Below, piece by piece: positions 40,407 to 49,158 of a stretch of DNA of 64,000 nucleotides. The notes beneath the pieces were generated by a model. That model was not told the DNA's origin. It searched no databases and worked only from the letters and a program-made list of their open reading frames with translations. The position numbers and the translations under genes are program-made. The stretch lies in assembly GCA_050916045.1 (NCBI GenBank), contig CP051526.1:1664001-1728000 (forward strand). Reading direction: 5' to 3'. Position 1 is the stretch's first letter. Every line of letters starts with the position of its first letter. The DNA comes from Tepidisphaera sp. (GTDB lineage: Bacteria > Planctomycetota > Phycisphaerae > Phycisphaerales > UBA1924).

Positions 40407-42326
40407 ATGGCAAAGGCGCCGACCACACAGGACCTCGACAAGGCCAAGCGGGCATTCCTGCCGCCCGTGGCTTGCTGCCTCGGGGTGATCGCGATCATTC
40501 ACTCGCCGCTGGCTCCGAAGCCCTACGTTCCAAACAGCAGCATTCGGCTGTTGGAAACCCTCGCGTACTTTTCTGCAGCGTTGACGCTGCTCTTCTACAT
40601 GCTCGGGCCTCGCGAGCGGTATGTCAGGACGCTACTTGCTTGGCGATACGCCGATTGTCCCGAGGGGCTCCGCAAGGCCTGGCAGAGCTATCTGTTCTCG
40701 CTGAACTCGGCGGTTCGTTTTGTGGTTTACCTCGGGCTTGCCTTGGTGGGCGGTGCGGCCATTGAAGTTCTGTCGCTCTGGTTTCTTGGGCTTGCGCCCT
40801 TGGCCGGCTACGCGTGGTGGCTTCGTGTGATCGGAATGGTCGGTCTTCTCTCGCTCCCATTGTACTTTATGGGGCGGCTTTCCGAGGTCGGTCAGCGGCG
40901 CCGCCTTCTGAGGGAACTTCAGGAGACGAGCGACTTCGTCGCGAAGGATGCCTCGGCGGCCTCGACGAATGCGGATCCAACGCCCGTCAGTATCGTGGGG
41001 GAAGCCAGGTTTCGAGCGGGCGGCTTCGAGTGGGGCGCAGAAGACTTCTACAAGAACGCGATCGTCTTCGGGCAGCCGGGCACGGGAAAGACGGTATGCG
41101 TTCTGAACTCGTTGTTGGACGGCTTTCTGGGCTCGACCACAGAGCCCGGCGCATCCGCGTCCGTACTAATCCTCGATCCCAAGGGCGACTTCCTCGACAA
41201 GATCCGGGGGCTCTGCGATCGTTGGGGGCGGGGGGGCGACCTTCTCATCCTTGATCCGGTGCATCCGGACGAGTCGATCCGATGGAATCCGTTGGACTCG
41301 AAGGACGATGAACTGCAGCTCTCCATGAGATTTGCTGCAGTGATGGAGGCGTTGGGGCAGAAGAACGAGAAGGACTCGTTCTTCACGGACGCCGCTCGGA
41401 CATTCATGCGGCACGCGATCCGTCTGGCACGACTCACCAATGGCGGCCGACCGCCCTCGATGGAGGATGTGCAGCAGATCGCGTCGAGCACGTCGCGGCT
41501 TGCGCGGAGGGTCTCGGGGCTCGATATCGGCTCCCTGACCCGGGACGATGACACGACGCTCGACTACTTCGCCGACCAATGGGTCACGATGGCATCGGAG
41601 ACCCGATCAAGCATCGTCGCGACGCTGAGCAACATGATCGACCCCTTCCTTCTCGAGCCCTACCGGTCGGTGTTCTGCGAACGTTCGGATGCGACGATCG
41701 CCAGCATGCTCGACGGCGGCAAAATCCTGTACGTCCACATGCCGATCGCGGACCGCGAGGCGATGTCGCGGATGATCTGCACCATGATCAAGCTAGAGTA
41801 CTTCCGCGAGGTGCTACGGCGGCCGAACAAGAGACGACCGTCGCTCTTCTTCTGCGACGAGTTCCAGTGCTTCTTTACGGTCGCGAAGGGCATTGGCGAT
41901 GCGGACTTCTTCGAGCGCTCCCGCCAGAGCAACCACGCGAACATCATTGCGACCCAGAACTTTCCTTCACTGTTGAAATACGCCGACAGGCCCGAGCCGG
42001 TGGACAATCTCTTGGGCAATTGTGCAATCAAGGTCTTCCTTCGGAACACGGACGACAAGACGAACAAGTATGCGGCTGAGCTATTCGGCAAGGAGCTTCA
42101 AGGAGTCGGGGGGGTTTCAGTCAGCGACAACAACATGGGCCGCAAGAAGCAGGCTCCGGGAGCGAACATCAGCTACCAGGAAGGCTTCAAGGTCCGCCCC
42201 GAGGTCTTCACTGAGCTCCGCGTACCGGCCCGCGGCGTGAGCGACGTCGCAGAATCCGTCGTTCACCTCGCGTCTCGCGACACTGTGTCTCGCGAACGGC
42301 TCATCTGGAGAGTTCACCCCTTGTAG
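40407..42326 (+). CDS. VirD4/TraD/TraG-like type IV coupling ATPase
   Basis: About four N-terminal TMs; GQPGTGKT, ILDPKGD, WNPL, FFCDEFQ, IIATQN, LLGNC motifs. Confidence 0.88.
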   Translation: MAKAPTTQDLDKAKRAFLPPVACCLGVIAIIHSPLAPKPYVPNSSIRLLETLAYFSAALTLLFYMLGPRERYVRTLLAWRYADCPEGLRKAWQSYLFSLNSAVRFVVYLGLALVGGAAIEVLSLWFLGLAPLAGYAWWLRVIGMVGLLSLPLYFMGRLSEVGQRRRLLRELQETSDFVAKDASAASTNADPTPVSIVGEARFRAGGFEWGAEDFYKNAIVFGQPGTGKTVCVLNSLLDGFLGSTTEPGASASVLILDPKGDFLDKIRGLCDRWGRGGDLLILDPVHPDESIRWNPLDSKDDELQLSMRFAAVMEALGQKNEKDSFFTDAARTFMRHAIRLARLTNGGRPPSMEDVQQIASSTSRLARRVSGLDIGSLTRDDDTTLDYFADQWVTMASETRSSIVATLSNMIDPFLLEPYRSVFCERSDATIASMLDGGKILYVHMPIADREAMSRMICTMIKLEYFREVLRRPNKRRPSLFFCDEFQCFFTVAKGIGDADFFERSRQSNHANIIATQNFPSLLKYADRPEPVDNLLGNCAIKVFLRNTDDKTNKYAAELFGKELQGVGGVSVSDNNMGRKKQAPGANISYQEGFKVRPEVFTELRVPARGVSDVAESVVHLASRDTVSRERLIWRVHPL

Positions 42327-42362
42327 GCGCGGTGCTATCTCCCGCATCCTAGGATCCACCCC

Positions 42363-42485
42363 ATGCTGCTCCGGATCATCCTGCTCATCATCATCTTCAT
42401 CGTGCTCAAGAACTTCGTCCTTTTTGTTCTGGCGATGATCACCCGCATGCTGATCGGACTTTACTGGTGGATGATCCCGGGCTAG
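42363..42485 (+). CDS. Small hydrophobic protein (40 aa), absent from the ORF track
   Basis: AGGA upstream; MLLRIILLIIIFIVLKNFVLFVLAMITRMLIGLYWWMIPG; C/G-ending codons dominate. Confidence 0.65.
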   Translation: MLLRIILLIIIFIVLKNFVLFVLAMITRMLIGLYWWMIPG

Positions 42486-42528
42486 AAGCCGGATCCATCT
42501 TCGACGAATCACTCTTGGAGAAGCAGCG

Positions 42529-42957
42529 ATGAGCACGATGGAAGAGCACGAAGGCGTTGACAACCGCGAGCAAGACGGCCGCGAGCGCAGCGAGAGGGAG
42601 CATCGCGAGCAGGAAGAGAAGCGTCAACTGCAAGAGCAGGAACGCCAGCGGACACAGCAGGAGCAACAGCGGCAGCAGGAGCAGCAGTCTCAGGAGGTCG
42701 AACAACGCAATCGCAACGAGCAGAACGTCCGCGAGCGACAGCAGCAGGAGCAGCAGCAGCGACAGGAACGTCAGCAGCGAGAACAGGAGGCGCAACGCCA
42801 GCAGGACCATCAGCGGAAGCAGCAGGATCAGGATCGCGAGCGTCAGCGGGAGGCCCAAGAAAGGCAGGATCGCGAGCGTGAGCAGGAGCGGCGGAAGGAT
42901 GAGCAGAAGCGACAGGAGGCTGAGCGTCGCCAGCGAGAGACCCGAAAGTCGAAGTAG
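42529..42957 (+). CDS. Q/E/R-rich low-complexity (coiled-coil or disordered) protein
   Basis: GGAG RBS; mostly Q, E and R; ends RQRETRKSK. Confidence 0.65.
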   Translation: MSTMEEHEGVDNREQDGRERSEREHREQEEKRQLQEQERQRTQQEQQRQQEQQSQEVEQRNRNEQNVRERQQQEQQQRQERQQREQEAQRQQDHQRKQQDQDRERQREAQERQDREREQERRKDEQKRQEAERRQRETRKSK

Positions 42958-43028
42958 TCTCCGCGGGCGTCCGGTCGGCCTTTGACGTCCAAGAACGTTG
43001 GACCACACGAACGAGCAGGGAGAACAGC

Positions 43029-43478
43029 GTGACTCGAGAGCATGATTTCGATGATCGGACAAAGAAGGAGGCGTGGACCCGGCAGCATGGGAACTGCGCC
43101 TGCTGCGGCAAGGATCTTGTACGCCAAGCGCACAAACAGGGGGAGCTGCCCAGAGCGCACCATGCCGTACCCAATCAGTCCGGAGATGCCCAGAGACAGG
43201 GGGATCCGTGGATCAGCTCGGAGCGCAACTGCGTGTACACGTGCGACGACTGCCACTACCAGGCCCACGAGAACGGCAAGTACAAGGACGGGGCGGTCAA
43301 GGGCGCTGAACAGTTCCGCTATTCACATGGCGACCCGGACAAGGACCCAAAGGCACGCGAGTCGCACGAGAAGTGGAGTAAGGAAGTAGAGGGTCATTGG
43401 GATAAGAAGGAACGTTCCCACAAGCACGACACGCCTTCGCAGGTGGCCGCCCCTCCAAGTCGTTCTCGGTCTAAATGA
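43029..43478 (+). CDS. HNH endonuclease-like protein
   Basis: C.CCG, AHH.VP, NC...CDDCH...H zinc/HNH pattern; GGAG RBS with GTG start. Confidence 0.8.
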   Translation: MTREHDFDDRTKKEAWTRQHGNCACCGKDLVRQAHKQGELPRAHHAVPNQSGDAQRQGDPWISSERNCVYTCDDCHYQAHENGKYKDGAVKGAEQFRYSHGDPDKDPKARESHEKWSKEVEGHWDKKERSHKHDTPSQVAAPPSRSRSK

Positions 43479-43567
43479 CCCGCGAAGGATCTCGGTGCGG
43501 CGATCTGGGCGAACCAAGTCCGGGCCGCATGCAGGCTACGACGTGATCGAGAACAGAGGGCTGAAGC

Positions 43568-45097
43568 ATGCTGAACCCGAGCGATTTTGACGATCAGTGG
43601 TCGGACCCCCTCCGCATGACACGCCTCCGAGCTGACGCGTCGGCTCGGAGGTGGGATGCAGGCGCGCTCGGGCGGGCATTGCGTCTGTGGTCGGAGGCGA
43701 AGGGCTCTCCGCCGGATGAGGTTGCGGCGGAGATTGAGCTCCGGCTCGCGAAGCTCGCGTACGGCAGGTCGGACCATGTGCTGCAACCGAGGTTGCGAGG
43801 CCGCGAGATTGATGGGCCATGGTGGATCGATCTGCTGGCGCCCGCCCTGACGTCGGACGCTCAGCCTGCGTTGGAGCCGCTGGCCGTCGTCGCGTGCGGC
43901 GCCGCGGGCGGACGGAAGCTCGAAGCGATCGAACTCGTGTGCCGACGTCTCGCTCGATCGGGGTGCGCCGTCGTCGTTGATCCGCAAGAAACGGCGGCTG
44001 TGATCGCTGGATCCAATCGGGGGCTTGACGACGCTTCCCCCAAGCTAGGGACCGAAACGCTTGCACTCGCGGAGGAGGTTGCTGAGGCGGCGATCGCACG
44101 GGCGATCGCCACACGGTGTCATCTTGTGCTCGACATTGGCAGGGACGCGGTGAAGCTGAGCCGTACCCTTGGACACGCGGGGTACCGTCTCGTGGGGCTT
44201 GCGGCGTTGGATGAGACTGAGGAGTTGGAGGAGCGTCTCCGAATGGCGAGCACCCAGGCGTCGCACATCGAGCAGCCTGCTGCGTCGTTACGGTCGGCTT
44301 TCTCGTTTGATTGCGTTCAGTCTCTCGAGTTCGCTCTCGCCCTCGCGGCTTCAGGAACGCTGGACTCCATGCTCTTGTTCGGCACGCGGGTTCGCGGGAT
44401 CGATACGAAAGGACTGGCCGATCGGGACCAAGTCAGGCACTTGCTCGGTCTCCGCTCAGACCCTGACCCTCTTCGCGAGGTTGAGGCGCGCCTGACGCCT
44501 GTCTCGCCCGCCCCCCACGATCCGTCGTCCCGGCCGGAACGTGCAACTACTGGAACGCCGCCGGACACGGCTCGATCCGCGGCGCCTGATCCTCGCAAGG
44601 GCGCAGAGAGCGTCGCTGTCCGCGCCGGCGTACGGGCGATTCGCGTGAACATCCCAGCACGCACCGCTCTCGCCGATGGTCAGGAGAGTCGAACATCGTC
44701 GAACGCTCGCAGCGTGAATGCGTCGGCGACTGTCGGGATCGCAGGCAGACCTTCCGCAACACCGGATCTTCCGGCCGGTTCAGCAACCGGGGGCGCATTG
44801 ACGCCCCCATCCCCAGAAGTCCTCAATTCCGGGTCGGTTACGAAAGCACTTGCGGCTCCTCGGCCGGAAGGACCCGATTCAAACGCGATCAAGCAAGCGG
44901 ATCCGCAGCAAGTTGACGGTCGTAGCTCGGAGCCCAGGACGCAAACGACTTCCGGGGACCGACCAATGCGACGAGGGGTACCGTCAGGCACTCTGGAGCA
45001 GCTGGCTCATCGCCGTGAGCAGATTCGCAGGCTGTGCGAAGCCGCAGGGATACCCCCCCCTGAAGATCCGGGGCCCGTGAAACCACCTGGTTTGTGA
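43568..45097 (+). CDS. Degenerate zeta-toxin-like P-loop protein with disordered C-terminal tail
   Basis: VVACGAAGGRK, VVVDP, AIATRCHLVLD, L..AGYR follow the zeta/PezT motif order but diverge; Pro/Ala/Ser-rich tail. Confidence 0.5.
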   Translation: MLNPSDFDDQWSDPLRMTRLRADASARRWDAGALGRALRLWSEAKGSPPDEVAAEIELRLAKLAYGRSDHVLQPRLRGREIDGPWWIDLLAPALTSDAQPALEPLAVVACGAAGGRKLEAIELVCRRLARSGCAVVVDPQETAAVIAGSNRGLDDASPKLGTETLALAEEVAEAAIARAIATRCHLVLDIGRDAVKLSRTLGHAGYRLVGLAALDETEELEERLRMASTQASHIEQPAASLRSAFSFDCVQSLEFALALAASGTLDSMLLFGTRVRGIDTKGLADRDQVRHLLGLRSDPDPLREVEARLTPVSPAPHDPSSRPERATTGTPPDTARSAAPDPRKGAESVAVRAGVRAIRVNIPARTALADGQESRTSSNARSVNASATVGIAGRPSATPDLPAGSATGGALTPPSPEVLNSGSVTKALAAPRPEGPDSNAIKQADPQQVDGRSSEPRTQTTSGDRPMRRGVPSGTLEQLAHRREQIRRLCEAAGIPPPEDPGPVKPPGL

Positions 45098-45181
45098 TCA
45101 AGCGGAAGGTCGGCACAGGGACCTGCGGAATGGGTTGCGCGTAGAGTGTGTGAGAGCGGCATGAGAAAGCAGCGAGGGACG

Positions 45182-46249
45182 ATGAGAACGTTCGGGAATT
45201 TCTTGGTTTTCGTTATGATCTTGGGGGCCGGGCTGGCCGGAATCGTCTGGTGGCACGCGCAAACGCCGTCCGCTGCCCCTCCTTCACTGCCCGCTGGTGT
45301 TCCGTCCACTCCACTCCCGGGCTCGCCGCCCATCCCCTCGTCATCGCCGCCCACGGCAACACCGGCCCGGCCCGATGGCCTTCCAGGGGCGGGAACGTCT
45401 GGAGCACCAGACCCAAGCAAAGCACCGACCACAACGCCTGCCTCGCCGGCTACACCGGCCACCAAATCTGATACCAAGCCAGATCCCAAACCGATCCTGC
45501 CTCGCGATGACGAGAAGATGCTGATGCTTGAAATCGAGCGTGTGGGCGAGCAGACCGCAAAACTCCAACGACGCATGCTGGAGTTTTCACCCGGATCAAA
45601 TGGGGAGTTCCCGCTTAAAAGCCTGCGGGGGCGCGATCAGGTCGAATGGAAGGGAGAGGCGAGGTTCACTGCAGATTCGATGTCGCTGATCGAGAATCGA
45701 TCGGCGTTGGAGCTAAAGGTGCAGAACCTCCCGCCTACCGACATCGCGTGGGCCGGCTTGGAGTGTCTTCAGGTCTTCTCCGGACTCCAGAAGGGGTCTC
45801 GCGTTCTGGTCGCCAGAATGAAACCGGGAGTGCATCTCTTGACTGGCCTCATGGATCCCGCGAATCTGACGGCCGTGCCGCTGATCGACGGAGGCAAGAT
45901 CCCGCTTGACCCGCTCTTTGTTGGCGAAGGCAAGGACCGCTCGCTTCTGGTATCCAACTTGACTCAGGATGCGAACTGCGAGCTGCGTGGCGAAGTGGTT
46001 CTTCCGGACCTCACGTTGACCAAGTACCGCGAGACGGATGCCGTCACGCTCGTTGAGATCTTCTTGAACCAAGACAAGAAACGTACGGCATGGAGCGGCA
46101 GGATGTCGGCGCAGAACAGGCGGCTGGAAATCAGGGTAACGATACCGAAGGGAACGACGCATCTCTCGCTGAGCAACGTCGATGGAAACAACGCAAAGGG
46201 CTGTAAAATGCCTGTTTGGAACGTGATGAGACTCTCCCCCGCACCGTGA
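45182..46249 (+). CDS. Membrane-anchored protein with Pro-rich stalk and C-terminal NPCBM/NEW2-like domain
   Basis: N-terminal TM, P/S/T linker; C-terminal WSGRM...IRVTIPKGTTHLSL..VDG......VW...RL resembles NPCBM. Confidence 0.6.
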   Translation: MRTFGNFLVFVMILGAGLAGIVWWHAQTPSAAPPSLPAGVPSTPLPGSPPIPSSSPPTATPARPDGLPGAGTSGAPDPSKAPTTTPASPATPATKSDTKPDPKPILPRDDEKMLMLEIERVGEQTAKLQRRMLEFSPGSNGEFPLKSLRGRDQVEWKGEARFTADSMSLIENRSALELKVQNLPPTDIAWAGLECLQVFSGLQKGSRVLVARMKPGVHLLTGLMDPANLTAVPLIDGGKIPLDPLFVGEGKDRSLLVSNLTQDANCELRGEVVLPDLTLTKYRETDAVTLVEIFLNQDKKRTAWSGRMSAQNRRLEIRVTIPKGTTHLSLSNVDGNNAKGCKMPVWNVMRLSPAP

Positions 46250-46480
46250 CCGGTGAAGCACACATCAGAGTCCTGCGGTGATTCCAGGCATGCTCGTGCA
46301 GGACATTCAACCCACGATCTATCCTTTGTAGTCCTGTTGGAGAAGCGTCGGAACACCATTCCCCTACCCTCGTGGACAACAGCGTGTCATGCCCCCGGGA
46401 GGGCATTCAGGTATCATGGTTGAGTGCGAAGTAGTCCAGACCCTGTTTGAGTGTGGTGAAGCCCAGCTGCGAGAATACTC

Positions 46481-49147
46481 ATGAAATGCAACTCCTGTCA
46501 ATCGGTGCTTCCCTCCCCATCTTCGGTGATGCAGCGCAGCGTCACTTGCACGAACTGCGGATCGGAGACTTCTTTCTCGTCCAATGACTCCGCCACGATC
46601 GTCTCGCCGAGCCGCTCGGCGAACTGGGGGACTGGCCAGACAGAGGTCGATCCGGCTTCGCTCGTGGGTTCGAGCCTTGGGGGCGACGCGTACCTGTTGG
46701 CTGAGTACCTGGGCCGGGGAGCGATGGGCCACGTTTATAGAGCGGTTCAGCGAAGCCTGGACAGGCAGGTGGCGATCAAGGTGCTCGTGCCGGAACTGGC
46801 AGACAACCGAGAGTTCGTCGATCGGTTCGAGCGCGAGGCGAAGACCGTGGCGAAGCTCAAGCATCCGAACATCGTGGAGGTCTACGATTTCAGGCGTGAG
46901 GGTGCAGTGTGCTATTTGGTCATGGAGCTGTTGGGCGGTGCGGACGGTCACGCCTCGAGTCTGGCTCAGCAGCTTCATGATCGCGGGCGATTGCCGTTCA
47001 TGGAAGTTCGAAAGCTCATGCTGGATGCACTGGATGCACTGGCGACCGCCCACGCAGCGGGAATCGTCCACCGCGACATCAAGCCGGGGAACTTTCTGCT
47101 TGACGCCTCAGGCCGGATCCGCTTGGCCGATTTCGGCCTCGCTGCGGTTCAACCGTCGCATGCCGGGGCTGGACAAGCGACGAAGATGACCATGGTCGGG
47201 ACCACGATGGGTTCCCTGGGTTACATGTCACCGGAGCAGGAGCGTGATGCCGGGAATGTCGACGCTCGCACCGACCTCTATGCGATGGGAGTTGTGCTCT
47301 ACGAGCTTCTCATCGGCGAGAAGCCGGACTTCCAGTCGTTCCTCGGGGGCGACCGCGAGTTCCGCTGGCCGAGCCGCGAACGCCGCGACGTGCCGCCGGT
47401 GGTCGACGACATCATACGGCGGGCGCTCCAGAGCAAGAGGGAGCTCCGATACCAGACGGCGCAGGAGTTCTCTGAATCGCTGGCTGCTGCGGTCAGCACG
47501 CCACCGTCCATCGTCCCAGTGCAAGCCCCCACATCTACTTCACGGGGTAGCAGCACGATTCCGAGTGCCTCCCCGGGTACCAGCGTCATCACAGACGCTC
47601 GTCAGCATCGCAGACCTCTCTGGCCTTACGCGGTTGGACTCTCGGTGCTGTGCGTTGCCGGCAGTGCGTTGTTCGGCGCCGAGCCCCTCGTGAAGTACGC
47701 GAGATCGAACGGCTGGTTGCCCCAAGCTGCGCAATCCGCCACACCAGAGGTTAAGCCTACGAGCAGCGGCTCTGACATCGCACCGCTCACGGCCGGCGTC
47801 ACTCCTCCGCAGGCAAATGACGACCCGCTGCAAGTGGCCGTCAACCCGCCGCCCACTCAACCGCCACAACCGCCGGCCCCGGCCGTCGATCCTCTGGATC
47901 GATTGGAACTTGGGAAGAAGATCGCCGAGCGTCCAGGCGCAGTGCACGAGATTGACCCGGCCGGAAACAATTTGCTGATGCAGGCATTGCGCGCTGGCAA
48001 GGTCGATTCAGCGATGCTGCTCATCGAGCAGAAGTCCGAAGTCAATCGCAAAGCCGCCGACGGCAAGACTCCGCTCCAGCTCGTTCTGGAAGCGCCGGAG
48101 GCCAGCATTTCTTACAACAACAAGCTCATCTTGGCGCGCGCTTTGACCGACGCGAGCGCCAAGGCGGATTGGCTCGACGCGGACGGCAATACTCCGCTCC
48201 ATTCCTTCGCACGCGGCGCCGACCCGGAGATGATCCGAATACTCTACAAGTCAAGCGACCCGACCGCGAAGAACAAGGCCGGACTCACGGCGGCTTGCGT
48301 CGCGTCACAAGAGCTCATGGGCGATGATCGCAAGCGCACAGTCGAGACTCTGGTGGCTCTCGGAGCCCTTTTCGATTGCACGGACAAGTTTGGGAACTCG
48401 CCGGCTCATACCGCCGCGGCCCAAGGGAACATCGATGAGTTGATGGCGGTACTGAGAAACCGCAAAGCGAACGAAGCCAGCCCCGTCGGGCTCCGGAATG
48501 CGAAGAACGAGACTCCGCTGCACGTGGCGATCCGCCACAAGCAGCTTGAGGCGGTGAGGGTGCTCTTGAACTCCAACTCCGACCTCACAGCGACCGACGA
48601 GGGCCAGAACACGCCTCTTCACGCGGCGGCCGAGGTGGGGGATGTTCCCATCGTGCAAGCCCTCCTCCAGAAGAGTGATCGGCTCTCCGACAAGAACTCC
48701 GCGGGCCAGACGCCGGCGGACGTCGCCAAGGCCAACAACCACCCCGCGGTTCAGCAACTGTTCACTCCCAAGGTCGCGCCGCCGCCGCCCGGCGCCGCCC
48801 CGCTCATCAAGCCTGCCAACTTCGTTATTGTTGGAGTCTGGGAGGGCGACTTCACGACTACTGATGGCCAGGTGACGCCGATCGTGCTGAATATCCAGAA
48901 GACCGGAGCCAATGGAGAAGGTACCCTCAAGATCGGGTCCGGAGACGAGGCGAAAATCGCGGTATACTGGAGCACCTCAACTTCGCGACTCAAGGTGGTC
49001 GGTCAGAACGGCGCCAAGTTCGTCCTCGATCCGGCAAAGGACGCGAGCGATACGCTTGATGCGGCATTCCAGGCAACCGAAAGCAACTCCTTTGTGTGGA
49101 CGTGCTCTCGCCCGGGGGGGACGGCGGAACTTCGCCGCCGGAAATAA
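46481..49147 (+). CDS. Ser/Thr protein kinase with N-terminal zinc ribbon, TM and ankyrin repeats
   Basis: CNSC..CTNC; GRGAMG, VAIK, HRDIKPGN, DFG, YMSPE; TM; repeated G.TPLH.A ankyrin motifs. Confidence 0.93.
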   Translation: MKCNSCQSVLPSPSSVMQRSVTCTNCGSETSFSSNDSATIVSPSRSANWGTGQTEVDPASLVGSSLGGDAYLLAEYLGRGAMGHVYRAVQRSLDRQVAIKVLVPELADNREFVDRFEREAKTVAKLKHPNIVEVYDFRREGAVCYLVMELLGGADGHASSLAQQLHDRGRLPFMEVRKLMLDALDALATAHAAGIVHRDIKPGNFLLDASGRIRLADFGLAAVQPSHAGAGQATKMTMVGTTMGSLGYMSPEQERDAGNVDARTDLYAMGVVLYELLIGEKPDFQSFLGGDREFRWPSRERRDVPPVVDDIIRRALQSKRELRYQTAQEFSESLAAAVSTPPSIVPVQAPTSTSRGSSTIPSASPGTSVITDARQHRRPLWPYAVGLSVLCVAGSALFGAEPLVKYARSNGWLPQAAQSATPEVKPTSSGSDIAPLTAGVTPPQANDDPLQVAVNPPPTQPPQPPAPAVDPLDRLELGKKIAERPGAVHEIDPAGNNLLMQALRAGKVDSAMLLIEQKSEVNRKAADGKTPLQLVLEAPEASISYNNKLILARALTDASAKADWLDADGNTPLHSFARGADPEMIRILYKSSDPTAKNKAGLTAACVASQELMGDDRKRTVETLVALGALFDCTDKFGNSPAHTAAAQGNIDELMAVLRNRKANEASPVGLRNAKNETPLHVAIRHKQLEAVRVLLNSNSDLTATDEGQNTPLHAAAEVGDVPIVQALLQKSDRLSDKNSAGQTPADVAKANNHPAVQQLFTPKVAPPPPGAAPLIKPANFVIVGVWEGDFTTTDGQVTPIVLNIQKTGANGEGTLKIGSGDEAKIAVYWSTSTSRLKVVGQNGAKFVLDPAKDASDTLDAAFQATESNSFVWTCSRPGGTAELRRRK

Positions 49148-49158
49148 CGGAGACTCTC

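Noticed and set aside
42439..43062. Leu-rich minus-strand ORF that looks like a membrane protein
   Set aside because: It is the antisense reading of the CAG/GAG-rich Q/E/R gene, which has an RBS and matches operon orientation.
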